This document shows, in pieces, positions 30,421-41,095 of a DNA stretch of 64,000 bases. The DNA is from Candidatus Cloacimonadales bacterium (GTDB taxonomy: Bacteria > Cloacimonadota > Cloacimonadia > Cloacimonadales > JAFGVF01). Location: the NCBI GenBank assembly GCA_963677495.2, contig CAXXOU010000001.1:736001-800000 (forward strand), written 5' to 3'. The translations under genes and the position numbers were made by a program. Under the pieces are notes generated by a model. That model searched no databases. It had not been told where the DNA came from and was given only the letters and a program-made list of their open reading frames with translations. Position 1 is the stretch's first letter; each line of letters starts with the position of its first letter.

Positions 30421-32022
30421 AGCTGATTTTGTCAAATCTTCCAACCGAATAATTGTCTCACCGGACATTAAATTTCCAATTGTCTTACTACTGATTTTGT
30501 TACCGGCGATATCAAAAATCTCTATTTGAACTCTATCAACAGCCTCTATTAAGTATAATCTTAATTTACTACGATGAAGTGATTTAACCGGATTAGGGAA
30601 AACATAAGCTCCACTTAAAGCATAGCTTTCTTTGACACCTACGGTTTCCAGATCAAGCTCAGGTATAACGCTCTTCAAAATGAAGTATCCGGTTCCTGTA
30701 ACTCTCATACTAAATTCTAAATCTTCTGTTTCAAAAATGCTCAATAATGTGTGATCAGAACTGTAAACCTCAGCTCGATACAAAAGTTTGTTTGGATATG
30801 CAACCCTATCCCATGAAACTTTTAAATTAGAGGAATTAGTTTTCACATTTGGAATAGGATCTCTTACGGTCATATAATCTGGAGCATAGTACTTATTCAG
30901 TATCTTACCCCATCCGGTGTATTGCTCAAACTGTAGATTTACATATCTACCATAGCTATTTTGGAAATAGCTCTTGTAATCAGGAAACCAAATAATGGCT
31001 GTTCCTACATCCGGATTCGTGAAAGTAGAGGAATAAGAGACAAAAGCACTATTAACAGAATCCAAAAGATCACTATATCCCAGCTCATCTAGAGTCATAG
31101 CAAACTCTTTTACATCAACATCCATAGCTCGAGTATTGAACTCATCCAAAGTCTCACGAATCTCTATCAGCTCATCAGTGTCAATGTGTTCAGAGTCAAC
31201 AAACTCCTTTATTGATTTCAATAAACCTGTCTCAGCCCCAAAACTTTCACTACTGACAACTGAACAGGTGACATTTGGAGTAAATGTGTTGGGGTTTTGG
31301 CTTCCCCCCGGAAGGTATGAGTTAACATATACATCCGGAATAGTCAGGACAAACTCTTCAAAACTTGTTTCACACCAGCTGTTAAACAATTCATCATATG
31401 GCATACCGTCAACGGGAACATCATGAACTGATCCAACTATGTAGTCAGCTTCTTTGTAAACTTCAGTTATTACCTCTACAGTCTGCATATTACATGCATC
31501 AAGAACCAATAAATCAAGCTTACTGATATCCTCGAATGCTCTTCTAAGGTCTCCTTTTGAAACATAAAACTTACTGTCCGAGTCATCATCCGGGCAAATG
31601 TATTTTGACTTATAATAATCCAGTTCGTCCCAGCCTTCCCCATGTGACCAGATAAATACAGCTTTTCTATCTGATGGATAACGGGAAAAACCCCATTTCA
31701 TAAAAGACTCAAGAGTCCTCCAGTCACCAGAATCAATCTCGCCCATACTCTTAAGAATTGGGGAGTTTATGCCATCTTCCTCGTCATGAGTAATCTTGTA
31801 TCTGAAAGCTCTATCATCACCGAAGTCATATCCTGCAAAGTCTGCTTGTACTATGACATTCATATTATCAGGGATATCAGCTCTCTCCATCTCATCTATA
31901 TCACTTCTGGCGGATTCGGTTAAACCATTATCTGCTGCCATATAGATAAGTATAGTCCAATCCTCTTCAGCTGCTAACAGTGTTGTAGAAAGTAGGGTCA
32001 GTATTATTAGTAAGTACTTCAT
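30343..32022 (-). CDS. Clostripain-family (C11) cysteine peptidase with C-terminal sorting-like domain
   Basis: WTILIYMAADNGL, DIDEME, WSHGEGW and LDACNM motifs; FPNP CTD; signal peptide from 32022. Confidence 0.88.
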   Translation of the reverse strand: MKYLLIILTLLSTTLLAAEEDWTILIYMAADNGLTESARSDIDEMERADIPDNMNVIVQADFAGYDFGDDRAFRYKITHDEEDGINSPILKSMGEIDSGDWRTLESFMKWGFSRYPSDRKAVFIWSHGEGWDELDYYKSKYICPDDDSDSKFYVSKGDLRRAFEDISKLDLLVLDACNMQTVEVITEVYKEADYIVGSVHDVPVDGMPYDELFNSWCETSFEEFVLTIPDVYVNSYLPGGSQNPNTFTPNVTCSVVSSESFGAETGLLKSIKEFVDSEHIDTDELIEIRETLDEFNTRAMDVDVKEFAMTLDELGYSDLLDSVNSAFVSYSSTFTNPDVGTAIIWFPDYKSYFQNSYGRYVNLQFEQYTGWGKILNKYYAPDYMTVRDPIPNVKTNSSNLKVSWDRVAYPNKLLYRAEVYSSDHTLLSIFETEDLEFSMRVTGTGYFILKSVIPELDLETVGVKESYALSGAYVFPNPVKSLHRSKLRLYLIEAVDRVQIEIFDIAGNKISSKTIGNLMSGETIIRLEDLTKSALSTGNYFLTIRGEGVFERVKLSFVK

Positions 32023-32087
32023 ATATTTAAAGAGAGAAAGGGTGCTGATGCACCCTTTCAATAATATTGTTAAATGTCCTTAGACAA

Positions 32088-33167
32088 TTATTCTCCGTAA
32101 ACTCCGGCTTTCTCATCACCTTTAAGTACACGAACTGCACCTTGGCTGAGAGCTTCCATCTCTTTTTCACCAGGGAAAAGATGGAAAGGAGCGATGAATC
32201 CTGCTCTTTTCTTAATATTGTTAACTGTAAGCTCATTATAAACGAGTCCACCTGTTAAGAAAATAGCATCAACTTTACCTTCGAGAACAGCTGCACAAGC
32301 ACCTATCTCTTTTGCAACCTGATAGCACATAGCATCGAATACAAGTTCAGCTTTCTTATCACCGTTTTTGATTCTCTCAGCTATTTCAATACCACTATCA
32401 GTACCAAGGTAAGCCATTAAACCACCCTGTTTTGCAAGATAACCTGTGAGTTCTTTCTTAGTATAGTTACCTGAATAAGCCATATCAAGAAGGTCACCGA
32501 TAGGAAGAGCACCGGCTCTTTGTGGAGAGAATGGACCCATACCGAGAAGAGCGTTATTTACATCAACTACTCTACCCTGTTTGATAGCAGCAACAGAAAC
32601 TCCACCACCCATGTGAACACCAATCATGTTAACTTCATTGAAAGGTTTGCCCATATCTTCAGCAAGAAGTCTTACAATGTAACGAATGTTAAGTGCATGG
32701 AATAGTGACTGTCTTTCAATCTCTGGAATACCAGAAATTCTAGCAATCTCATCAAACTCATCAACAACAACCGGGTCAACAATGAAAGATGGAAGGTCTA
32801 ACTCTTTAGCAATAGAATCTGCAATATAAGCACCAAGGTTAGAAGCATGAACACGTCCCCAAGTAGTAGGGTCTTTAAGATGGTCGAGCATAAGCTGGTT
32901 CACAGCATAAGTTCCACCTTTAAGTTTGTTCATAAGTCCACCACGGCCAACAACAGCAGCAAGGGTGTTAGGAGATACATTATTCTCTTCCATAGCTTCA
33001 AGAACAAGTTTCTTTCTATAATCATATTGCTCAATGATTCCACCAAACTTATCAAGTTCAACTGGATCATGGCGTAATGTTTTTGTAAACACAGGTGTTT
33101 TGTCGTCATAGACAGCGATTTTGGTTGATGTAGAACCGGGATTAATTGCTAATACTCGGTAGTTCAT
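32088..33167 (-). CDS. buk: Butyrate kinase
   Basis: INPGSTSTKIA, VGRGG, HASNLGA, HALN, HMGGGVSV and PGEKEMEAL motifs. Confidence 0.95.
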   Translation of the reverse strand: MNYRVLAINPGSTSTKIAVYDDKTPVFTKTLRHDPVELDKFGGIIEQYDYRKKLVLEAMEENNVSPNTLAAVVGRGGLMNKLKGGTYAVNQLMLDHLKDPTTWGRVHASNLGAYIADSIAKELDLPSFIVDPVVVDEFDEIARISGIPEIERQSLFHALNIRYIVRLLAEDMGKPFNEVNMIGVHMGGGVSVAAIKQGRVVDVNNALLGMGPFSPQRAGALPIGDLLDMAYSGNYTKKELTGYLAKQGGLMAYLGTDSGIEIAERIKNGDKKAELVFDAMCYQVAKEIGACAAVLEGKVDAIFLTGGLVYNELTVNNIKKRAGFIAPFHLFPGEKEMEALSQGAVRVLKGDEKAGVYGE

Positions 33168-33258
33168 TCAATTCCTCCATTCATATTTTTATTGATTTTA
33201 GCCAAATTAGAAAAGCACTATTGTAAGGTCAATAATTTTATAATACCTAACAGTATAT

Positions 33259-35586
33259 CTAAGGAGATATAATCGAAACTGTCACTTCGTTACCGGAGTA
33301 ATAACTCTTTGCTCTAAAGCTATCTTCATATTGTTTAATTGTTATAGCACCATCTGATCCTGTGATGTAAGTTTCTATTTCACAAGCACAGAGTTTGTTA
33401 AGTGTCTTATCTGAAAGAACAGAGTATCCTTTTTGGTTAACAGGAATAATTACCAAATGTGGTGCTACAGCATTTAGAAATTCATAGCATAGTGTGTTCT
33501 TAGCACCATGATGTCCTGCTTTCAAAACATCACTTCTTAAGTATTCTCTATATTTTTGGAGTACCTCGACTTCTCCCTCAATCTCTAAGTCTCCGGTAAA
33601 AAGCATTGATAAATCATTGAACTCAACTTTTGCAAGTAATGATTGATTATTAGCACTAAACTCTCTCGGATTATCCGCAGGATTTATAAGCGTTAGAGTC
33701 AAATCTCCCTCCCTAATACTTAAAGTATCTATTACAATAGTATGCTTCATATCCGTTAAAATTGATTCAACTTCTTGCCAGTGTTTATAGAGTCTTGATT
33801 TCGCAAAGTTATTACTAATAATGATTTCATCAACATCGCATTCAAGTAGAAGTGGAAGCAACCCACCGTAATGGTCATTATGTTGATGCGTAATTATCAA
33901 TCTGTTAATCCTACTTAGTCCTTCTGCTTTCAGATATGGTAAGACATGTCGCTCAAATGCAGAAGTTGAGTACCTGAAATCACCCAAGTCGATAAGAGTA
34001 ATGTCGTCATTATTTCTTATCAAATGACAATCTCCGTGACCTACAGCAAAAGAGATTATCTCAAACTTATCTCTAGTCCATATGTTAGAAAGAATAAAAG
34101 CAACAGTAAAACATATGAATAGTATAACTAAAACTACTTTCTTCTTAATGATGGGGACAAGTAGTATGATTAACCAATAAAGTGCTATAATTAGTGTTGG
34201 CACAATAATGAAATTAAGTTTAAAAGGAAACCTTCCTGCTAAATTTGAAACGTAAAGTAATAGTTCTTGCGCTATTTCTGAAACCGGCAACAGGAAATTA
34301 CTGATACCGGAGAAAGGAATAAGCAGTATTAGTAAGGTCACCGGAAGATAGAAACTAAAAACCAGTATTGCCGGTACGGAGCTCAGAATACCAACAATAG
34401 GTGCTTCGTGAAAGTAATATAGTATTATTGGTAGAAGGAAAATATTCACACAAATGGTCACAATCACCGGATTTAGCAGATGCTTTTTATACTTGTTCTC
34501 TTCATGTGGATTGATTAATCTCAGGCAAGGAGAAACCACCAAGATGGAATATACTGCGATAAAGCTTAATTGGAATCCGACATTAAATAGTTCTAATGGA
34601 TTTACGGCTAAAATAACTAAAGCTGCTGTTGAAAGTAGCTGTAAAATTCCAATATCACGCTCAAGAAGTTTAGCGATGGAAACTACTAATATCATTATTA
34701 CTGCTCTAGTGACTGATGGTGAGTTATAGCATAGCATCCAGAACCCTAGAATCACAATGTTAGCTAAGAGGATTGTTAATCGTTTGGGTAGAACCAATCT
34801 TAATAACGTGAATATAAACAGATAGATTATTCCAACATGAAGTCCACTAATGGCTAGCAGGTGCATGATCCCCGCTTGCTTGAATAGATCTTTTGTTTCA
34901 AATAGCTCTGATCTTTCTCCTAACAAAATAGCTTTTACAAATCCATGGGTTCCCTGAAACTTAACATTGATAACTCTTAAGACTCTTCTTCGGAGTATAT
35001 TGATATAAATCGGTATTGAGAACTTAGTACTATTTACTATTGTCTTTCCAATGAAAGATCCTTTACCGTGAATACCTTTATTCCTCATGTATTCGGCATA
35101 ATCAAATTGTCCTGGATTCATACTTGTTTCATAGAGCTCCAATTCAATTTTTGAAGTAAACAGATCACCAATACTCAGTATATCATCTCTCGAATACAGC
35201 TTTAGTTTTACTGAAAAAGGAAATATATTTGTTGAGTTGGTTTGCACTTCATACTCATTGTTTCCCAGTACATTTGTCTTTTTGTTAGTAACATACCCCT
35301 CAATATATTCAACATTTTTTTTAGTAAACATGAGATAGTCTTCTAGTGGGTTTGAAACTCTTTGTATCTGTATATCATAAGACAAAGAACCTGAAGCCAT
35401 GATGAGGAGTAAAAGGGGAATAAGCCTGTTTTTAGTCAGTATTGTTATTATCAATAGAGGAACTGCTATCCCTAAAATGTATGGAACTCCTACATAGGCT
35501 TGAATAACTATTCCAAGACCAAAACCCAAAGTAGGGATAAAGAGTGGTGCAGGGAGTTTTTTCATCCCTGATTTGCTTCCTATCAT
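33259..35586 (-). CDS. comEC: DNA internalisation competence protein ComEC/Rec2
   Basis: NPGQFDY, HLLAISGLHV, GFQLSF; C-terminal MBL motifs THQHNDHYGG, FTGD, KAGHHG. Confidence 0.9.
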   Translation of the reverse strand: MIGSKSGMKKLPAPLFIPTLGFGLGIVIQAYVGVPYILGIAVPLLIITILTKNRLIPLLLLIMASGSLSYDIQIQRVSNPLEDYLMFTKKNVEYIEGYVTNKKTNVLGNNEYEVQTNSTNIFPFSVKLKLYSRDDILSIGDLFTSKIELELYETSMNPGQFDYAEYMRNKGIHGKGSFIGKTIVNSTKFSIPIYINILRRRVLRVINVKFQGTHGFVKAILLGERSELFETKDLFKQAGIMHLLAISGLHVGIIYLFIFTLLRLVLPKRLTILLANIVILGFWMLCYNSPSVTRAVIMILVVSIAKLLERDIGILQLLSTAALVILAVNPLELFNVGFQLSFIAVYSILVVSPCLRLINPHEENKYKKHLLNPVIVTICVNIFLLPIILYYFHEAPIVGILSSVPAILVFSFYLPVTLLILLIPFSGISNFLLPVSEIAQELLLYVSNLAGRFPFKLNFIIVPTLIIALYWLIILLVPIIKKKVVLVILFICFTVAFILSNIWTRDKFEIISFAVGHGDCHLIRNNDDITLIDLGDFRYSTSAFERHVLPYLKAEGLSRINRLIITHQHNDHYGGLLPLLLECDVDEIIISNNFAKSRLYKHWQEVESILTDMKHTIVIDTLSIREGDLTLTLINPADNPREFSANNQSLLAKVEFNDLSMLFTGDLEIEGEVEVLQKYREYLRSDVLKAGHHGAKNTLCYEFLNAVAPHLVIIPVNQKGYSVLSDKTLNKLCACEIETYITGSDGAITIKQYEDSFRAKSYYSGNEVTVSIISP

Positions 35587-35832
35587 TGTGAATACCTTAT
35601 TAACTGATATATATAACTATATCAATCTGAGTCAAGAATTTAATTATTCTTCAAGTAAAGCCGGAACGGTTTGAATAACTAGCTGATTAGCATTCAGCTC
35701 GGAAATCTTAACATATTGTAACATCTGAAATTAGATTGCTTAGTGAAATAAAAAGTAGTTGCCAAAATAGCTACTAAATGAAAATATTGATATTCATAAG
35801 AAATGGATTAGTATTTCTTTCAAGGAGGAATT

Positions 35833-37818
35833 ATGATTAAAAAGAATTGGCTTTCTATAATTATATTGATTCTTGCTCTAGTTATCGCTGCTTGTGCAGA
35901 CGATGATAATAATGTTACAGAGCCGGTACAAGGAGATTTCTCGCAACTCGATGTTGCTGATGATTTCTCATTCAATACGATTAATAATGTTGAGTTTGAC
36001 ATTATGGTAAATCAGGGATTACCAAACATTGTCATCGAAATTTATAATGATTTCCCTGCTGACGGTGGCAAAGTTCTTTACAGAGGTGCTACTGATGCTG
36101 AAGGAATTTTTAGTGCAATCGTGCCACTTCCAAACTATCTTGATAAAGTTGTTGTTTCAGGCTTCATGTCAGAAACAGAAGTTGCAATTATCAATAGTAA
36201 AGTTGAGCTTACTTTAGGAACTACTGAAAGAACAACTCCAATTGGTAAGGCAGTACAACCACCTAAGACAGAAATGGCTTATGTTTTACCATACGATGCT
36301 GATGGAACTCCTATCGGTATGACAAGAGACACAATCCCTGCTGGTTTTATGGCTAAAATTAATGCAACTTTACCAGAAAGACAGTCTCTATTTGATTATC
36401 ATCCTGACTACCTTACACCAAGCGTTGAGCTTAATGCTGTAATTATCAATCAGGAAACTGATATTTGGATTACTTTTGTACATGAAGGTGCAGGATACAA
36501 GAATACACTTGCTTACTACTCATACCCAATCGGTAGTGCTCCTGCTACTTCTGCAGATATCGATACTTTAAAAGTTATCTTCCCTAATGCTTCTTATCAA
36601 GGAAGTGGTGGTGGACTGGTAACCGGTGATAGAGTATATCTCGGACATTTCCAACCAAACACTGTTATCAGTTGGGTACTTATTGCTAATGGTTGGCATA
36701 ATGGTCAAGTTCATGAAAGAACTGATACATGGTATTCAAACTACCATTTCAACCACAATAACCGTCAACAAAACATCCAGGTTTGGGATGAAGAATATGA
36801 CAAACTACTCTTCGCTTTTGAAGATATCGAAGTTCCATTGGGTGATAATGACTATAATGACACTATCTTCTATCTGACAGGTAATCCATTAGGTACAATT
36901 GATACATCTAATGTACCACCAATTGATATTATTGATGATGATGATGGTGACGGTATCTCCAATATCTTTGATGATTTCCCTCAGGATCCTGAGAGAGCAT
37001 TTGAAACAAATGACCATACATTCTCTACACTTGCGTATGAAGATTTATGGCCTGATACTGGTGACTATGACTTCAATGATATGGTTCTAGATTATAACTT
37101 CTTCTACCATACAGCTCCGGGCAACATTATCAGACATATTGTTGCAGAGTTCAAGCTTAAAGCTGTTGGTGCTAGTTTCAATAATGGTTTTGCTGTGCAG
37201 TTGCCATTTAACTCTGATCTGATTGAGAGTATCACAGTTGTTGATGGTTCAGATCCGTTAACATACTCGACTATTATCTCTCATCCGGCATTTAGTCCAT
37301 ATGTTGAAGGTGGTAATGAAGGTGTAATAGTTTTCTTTGAAGATACTAATACTCTTATCAACCAACCGACAGGACATTTCGTTAATACTGAATCAGGTCA
37401 GCCATATATCCAGCCAACTGAGATTGCTCTTGATATCAAGCTTGTAACTCAGGACTTCCTTGCTGAGAACTGGCAGTGGCAACCTCCATACAACCCATTC
37501 ATCTTCGTTAATGGTGTGAGAGGACATGAAGTTCATTTAGCTGATTATCCTCCAACATCCCTTGTAGATAACAGTCTTTTCAATATCGGTGATGATGATA
37601 GTAGTTATACTATCGACAGATTCTATCGTACATCCAACAATCTCCCATGGGCATTAAATATTGCCACTGAGTGGGATCATATGTATGAGAAAACTGATAT
37701 TACTAAAGGTTACCTCAACTTCAAAGCTTGGGCGGAAAGCTACGGAACTGTACATCAGGACTGGTATGAAGACCTACCGGGTAACAGGAATTGGGAAAAG
37801 ATTTACATTAGACCATAG
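35833..37818 (+). CDS. LruC-domain (DUF4842/DUF4114-like) lipoprotein
   Basis: Lipobox IAAC; FVHEGAGYKN, AFEDI..DNDYND, AYEDLWP..GDYDFND and PWAL motifs. Confidence 0.82.
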   Translation: MIKKNWLSIIILILALVIAACADDDNNVTEPVQGDFSQLDVADDFSFNTINNVEFDIMVNQGLPNIVIEIYNDFPADGGKVLYRGATDAEGIFSAIVPLPNYLDKVVVSGFMSETEVAIINSKVELTLGTTERTTPIGKAVQPPKTEMAYVLPYDADGTPIGMTRDTIPAGFMAKINATLPERQSLFDYHPDYLTPSVELNAVIINQETDIWITFVHEGAGYKNTLAYYSYPIGSAPATSADIDTLKVIFPNASYQGSGGGLVTGDRVYLGHFQPNTVISWVLIANGWHNGQVHERTDTWYSNYHFNHNNRQQNIQVWDEEYDKLLFAFEDIEVPLGDNDYNDTIFYLTGNPLGTIDTSNVPPIDIIDDDDGDGISNIFDDFPQDPERAFETNDHTFSTLAYEDLWPDTGDYDFNDMVLDYNFFYHTAPGNIIRHIVAEFKLKAVGASFNNGFAVQLPFNSDLIESITVVDGSDPLTYSTIISHPAFSPYVEGGNEGVIVFFEDTNTLINQPTGHFVNTESGQPYIQPTEIALDIKLVTQDFLAENWQWQPPYNPFIFVNGVRGHEVHLADYPPTSLVDNSLFNIGDDDSSYTIDRFYRTSNNLPWALNIATEWDHMYEKTDITKGYLNFKAWAESYGTVHQDWYEDLPGNRNWEKIYIRP

Positions 37819-37837
37819 AAAGCAAAAATAAATAATT

Positions 37838-37867
37838 AAGGCTGTTGGATTTCCAGCAGCCTTTTTT
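37838..37867 (+). terminator. Intrinsic terminator
   Basis: AAGGCTGTTGGA-TT-TCCAGCAGCCTT hairpin followed by a T-run. Confidence 0.8.
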
Positions 37868-37957
37868 CGTTTCTTCCTGGATTTGAAAATAGGTTTTGAC
37901 AAATCAAATACATATAAAAACAATCGTGGAATGTGAGATTTGATTAAGTGAGGATAG

Positions 37958-38632
37958 ATGAAAAAAGCAATAATGCCTTTGATATTGGCTGTACTGATTC
38001 TAGCCGGTTGTGCAGAAAGAATCGAGAAGATAGATTACTCTCTACTTGAAGATGAAATCTTTTTCCAGTTAGACGAGATTTATAAGAATCCCGACTTAGA
38101 GAAGGATATCCCAGATAACAACTTCGATATATTACTTACAAAGAAGAGGACTGATATCTTCTCAAAGAGATATGAAGTACTACAAAAGCAAAAGAACAAT
38201 GTTGGTGTATTCTATGAGGAATATTATTACAACAAGAACTACACTCTGTTTGGTAAGAACTATCCAATGCATAGCTATGAGCTCAAAGCTTTTGTGCGTT
38301 TAAGAGAATCAGAACTGGGATTAGCCTTTTATGATAATGTAATCGAAGCTGAAGTTGTGGAAGAGACATCCAAAGACGAGGAAACCGGATATGCTGAATA
38401 TAGACTCGAAACTGATGATGATTTCGTACTCTATATGACAACAGATGATAACACTGTCTTCAAAGATGATTCTAACTATTTTTATGCCGGACATATATAT
38501 TTTGGCGGTATCCCTGATCCTTTGGGTCTTAAAGTCAAAGTTCATTACGATGAGGAAACTTTTTATGAAGAGGATAATGAGAAGATTATAAAAGCCCTAC
38601 TAATCGAGCAACTTTCCGGTCGTCAAGAGTAA
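37958..38632 (+). CDS. Hypothetical lipoprotein
   Basis: Lipobox LAGC after a signal peptide; RBS GAGG. Confidence 0.72.
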   Translation: MKKAIMPLILAVLILAGCAERIEKIDYSLLEDEIFFQLDEIYKNPDLEKDIPDNNFDILLTKKRTDIFSKRYEVLQKQKNNVGVFYEEYYYNKNYTLFGKNYPMHSYELKAFVRLRESELGLAFYDNVIEAEVVEETSKDEETGYAEYRLETDDDFVLYMTTDDNTVFKDDSNYFYAGHIYFGGIPDPLGLKVKVHYDEETFYEEDNEKIIKALLIEQLSGRQE

Positions 38633-38681
38633 GGAGTCAGCTAAAGAAGGGCTTTAAACGAAGTAGGATTCCTCCCACCAA

Positions 38682-38853
38682 AGGTTTTTAAATTACGAAT
38701 TACTAATTATGAATTACTAATTTATGCCCCAGCATTTAGCATTCAGCATTTGTAATCTTGCATTCAGCATTCAGCATTCAGCATTTGTAATCTTGCATCT
38801 TGCATCTTTCATTTTGCATTTAACTATAGGCTATAGGCTATAAGCTATTAACT
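38682..38853. repeat. Composite heptamer tandem array, copy A
   Basis: Blocks of AATTACG/AATTACT, then CATTCAG/AATCTTG/CATTTGT, then CTATAGG units; direct repeat of 39448-39680. Confidence 0.85.
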
Positions 38854-38891
38854 AAAAAACCCCCGCTCCTCGCAAGAGGAACGGGGTTTTT
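38854..38891 (-). terminator. Intrinsic terminator of the 153-aa gene
   Basis: AAAAACCCC..TCCTC GCAA GAGGA..GGGGTTTTT hairpin next to the stop codon. Confidence 0.8.
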
Positions 38892-38893
38892 GT

Positions 38894-39355
38894 CTAGCTA
38901 CCGTTGTAACTGTTTGTCAGATCATCATACTTACTGATCTTAGGCAGGAAACCATTATCAATGGCATCCTTAACTGTCTGAATCCCGATATCCAAAAGCT
39001 GGATATCAGCAAAGGTAACAGTCTTCAGGTCAATAGTAGGATCATCTTTGTTCACGTTCCACCACATTTTGCTGTAGAGGGCGTAGAATCCAGGATGACG
39101 TTTCTTCTTTCCGAGAACTTCATTTCCATAGCGACGTGTGTAAGTCTTGAGATTGTCAATCCAACCTGAATCGAAACTGTCATAAACAGCTCCCAGGTTT
39201 TCAGCGACAGATCCCATAGTTGCGTTTTGTGTTGTGGCAGCAGGGACAACATAATCTCTACTGAAGCAGATGTAACCTTCATTGAAGGCGGAGTAAACCA
39301 ATTCATCCATCGTTCCTGAGAATGATCTGAATGGCTTCATCATGTTAACTCTCAT
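38894..39355 (-). CDS. Hypothetical protein, paralogue of 45894-46349
   Basis: RBS AAAGGAGATCACA-ATG; shares SG..D.LV, RDYVVPA.T.QN..MG.V..NL, P.IDL.T.T, I.T...AI.N..LP....YD.L with its paralogue. Confidence 0.82.
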   Translation of the reverse strand: MRVNMMKPFRSFSGTMDELVYSAFNEGYICFSRDYVVPAATTQNATMGSVAENLGAVYDSFDSGWIDNLKTYTRRYGNEVLGKKKRHPGFYALYSKMWWNVNKDDPTIDLKTVTFADIQLLDIGIQTVKDAIDNGFLPKISKYDDLTNSYNGS

Positions 39356-39447
39356 TGTGATCTCCTTTTCCTACTTCGCATAAAGCTTCGTAGGACACGT
39401 CCTACCAACGGACGACTTTGTTGTTTTTATTTCCCTAACGCGCGATG

Positions 39448-39680
39448 AGGTTTTAAATTATGAATTAGAAATTAGTAATTAGTAATAAGTATTAAGTAAT
39501 AAATGCTTCAGCATTTAGCATTTTGCATCTTGAATCTTGCATTTGTAATTAAGCATTGAGCATTCAGCATTTTTCATTTAGCATCTTGAATCTTGCATTT
39601 GTAATCTTGAATCTTGCATTTGTAATTTTGCATTTAACTATAGGCTTTAGGCTCTTAGCTATAGGCTAAAAAAACTTCCC
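39448..39680. repeat. Composite heptamer tandem array, copy B
   Basis: Same block order as 38682-38853 with different unit counts. Confidence 0.85.
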
Positions 39681-39703
39681 TCTATTATACGTAGCTTACG
39701 GTT
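39681..39703 (-). promoter_or_regulatory. 23-bp motif (putative promoter or recombination site), left copy
   Basis: Reverse complement AACCGTAAGCTACGTATAATAGA is identical to 45190-45212 and contains TATAAT. Confidence 0.7.
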
Positions 39704-39803
39704 CTTGGATTTCTGCTCATATTTAGTGTTTTTTAATGCAAAATACCAGTTTTTATATTGACACCTATACATGATTTCCACTTAGGTTATTGTAAGGTAC
39801 ATT

Positions 39804-41093
39804 ATGAAATTCAAGATCACCGATTATATTAACGACTATGGTAAAGTTATGGATTTTAACAAAAATAAGTCCGTATATATGCACCAATGGTATCCTTTTG
39901 TTGAAGGGTATTCAGAGCAGTTCATCAATTCTATATTAGATGAACAGGAGAGTATACCAAAAGTTTGTTTGGATCCATTCAGTGGTAGTGGGACAACATC
40001 ATTAGAGCTTCAAAGACGAAAGATAAAATGTTACTCCTTTGAGGTTAATCCATTTTTACATCTTTTATCAAAAGTGAAGTTAGAAACAAGATATTGTTAT
40101 ACCGAATTCTCAGAAATTGTGAGTAAGTTAACTGATGAACTATCCATTGCTATTAACTCCGATATTGATTTTCCTCTAAAGTCTAAGAAATTCATTGTGA
40201 ACGATGGAGTATGTAAAAAATGGAATTACAGTAAAGAGGTTTACTCTATATTACTTATAATTAAAAATACAATAGATAAAATAGAAGATAAAAAATATAG
40301 AGAATTGTTAACCATCAGTTTAGCGTCAATTGTACTACCTGTTAGTAACTTATATAGAAACGGTAAATGCTTATCGTATAAAAAGAATTGGGAAGAAAAA
40401 TCATTAACAAGACAAGAAGTCTTGGACATGTTCTTATCAAACATCAAAGAAAAGATATTACCCGATGTATTAAAACTAAATCGATATGATGATACTGAAT
40501 TGTTTTCCAATAGAAGCAATTGCTTTTTTGGGGATGTTAGAATTAAACTTGATGACAAAGTAGATGACAATTCTATTGACCTTGTTATTACATCTCCTCC
40601 ATATCTAAACTCAAGAGATTATACTGATATTTATATGTTAGAATTATGGGTTTTAGGCTTTGTAAACTCATACGAAGATGTTAGAAGTTTACGCAAATCA
40701 ACACTAAGATCTCATGTTCAAGTAAAATGGCAAGACACAATTGCTCCTCAAAACAAAAAATTGCATACAGTATTAAAAGAATTAGAAACTTATAGTAGTA
40801 GTTTTTGGAATAACAGCATACCGGATATGATAAGTGGATATTTTGATGATATCAGGCATTTATTCTCTATATTATATAGAAAATTGAAACCTGATGGAAA
40901 GATATACTTTAATGTAGCAAATTCAGCTTATTATGGTATTGTGATTAAAGTTGATGAGATATGTGCAGAACTTGCAGAACAAGAAGGTTTTACATGTACA
41001 GAGATTAGAACTGCACGCTGGTTGAAGACAAGTGGACAACAAAAAGATGTTGTGGAACGACTTCGTGAGAGTGTTGTTGTACTTACTAAATAA
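39804..41093 (+). CDS. DNA amino-methyltransferase (probably N4-cytosine; motif I precedes motif IV)
   Basis: HQWYPFVEGYS, LDPFSGSGTT (SAM binding) and VITSPPYLN (motif IV); LRESVV C-terminus. Confidence 0.9.
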   Translation: MKFKITDYINDYGKVMDFNKNKSVYMHQWYPFVEGYSEQFINSILDEQESIPKVCLDPFSGSGTTSLELQRRKIKCYSFEVNPFLHLLSKVKLETRYCYTEFSEIVSKLTDELSIAINSDIDFPLKSKKFIVNDGVCKKWNYSKEVYSILLIIKNTIDKIEDKKYRELLTISLASIVLPVSNLYRNGKCLSYKKNWEEKSLTRQEVLDMFLSNIKEKILPDVLKLNRYDDTELFSNRSNCFFGDVRIKLDDKVDDNSIDLVITSPPYLNSRDYTDIYMLELWVLGFVNSYEDVRSLRKSTLRSHVQVKWQDTIAPQNKKLHTVLKELETYSSSFWNNSIPDMISGYFDDIRHLFSILYRKLKPDGKIYFNVANSAYYGIVIKVDEICAELAEQEGFTCTEIRTARWLKTSGQQKDVVERLRESVVVLTK

Positions 41094-41095
41094 TA

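Noticed and set aside
39681..39703. Chromosomal dif (XerCD) site
   Set aside because: Lacks the TTATGTTAAAT-like XerD arm; the resemblance is limited to CGTAA plus a 6-bp spacer.
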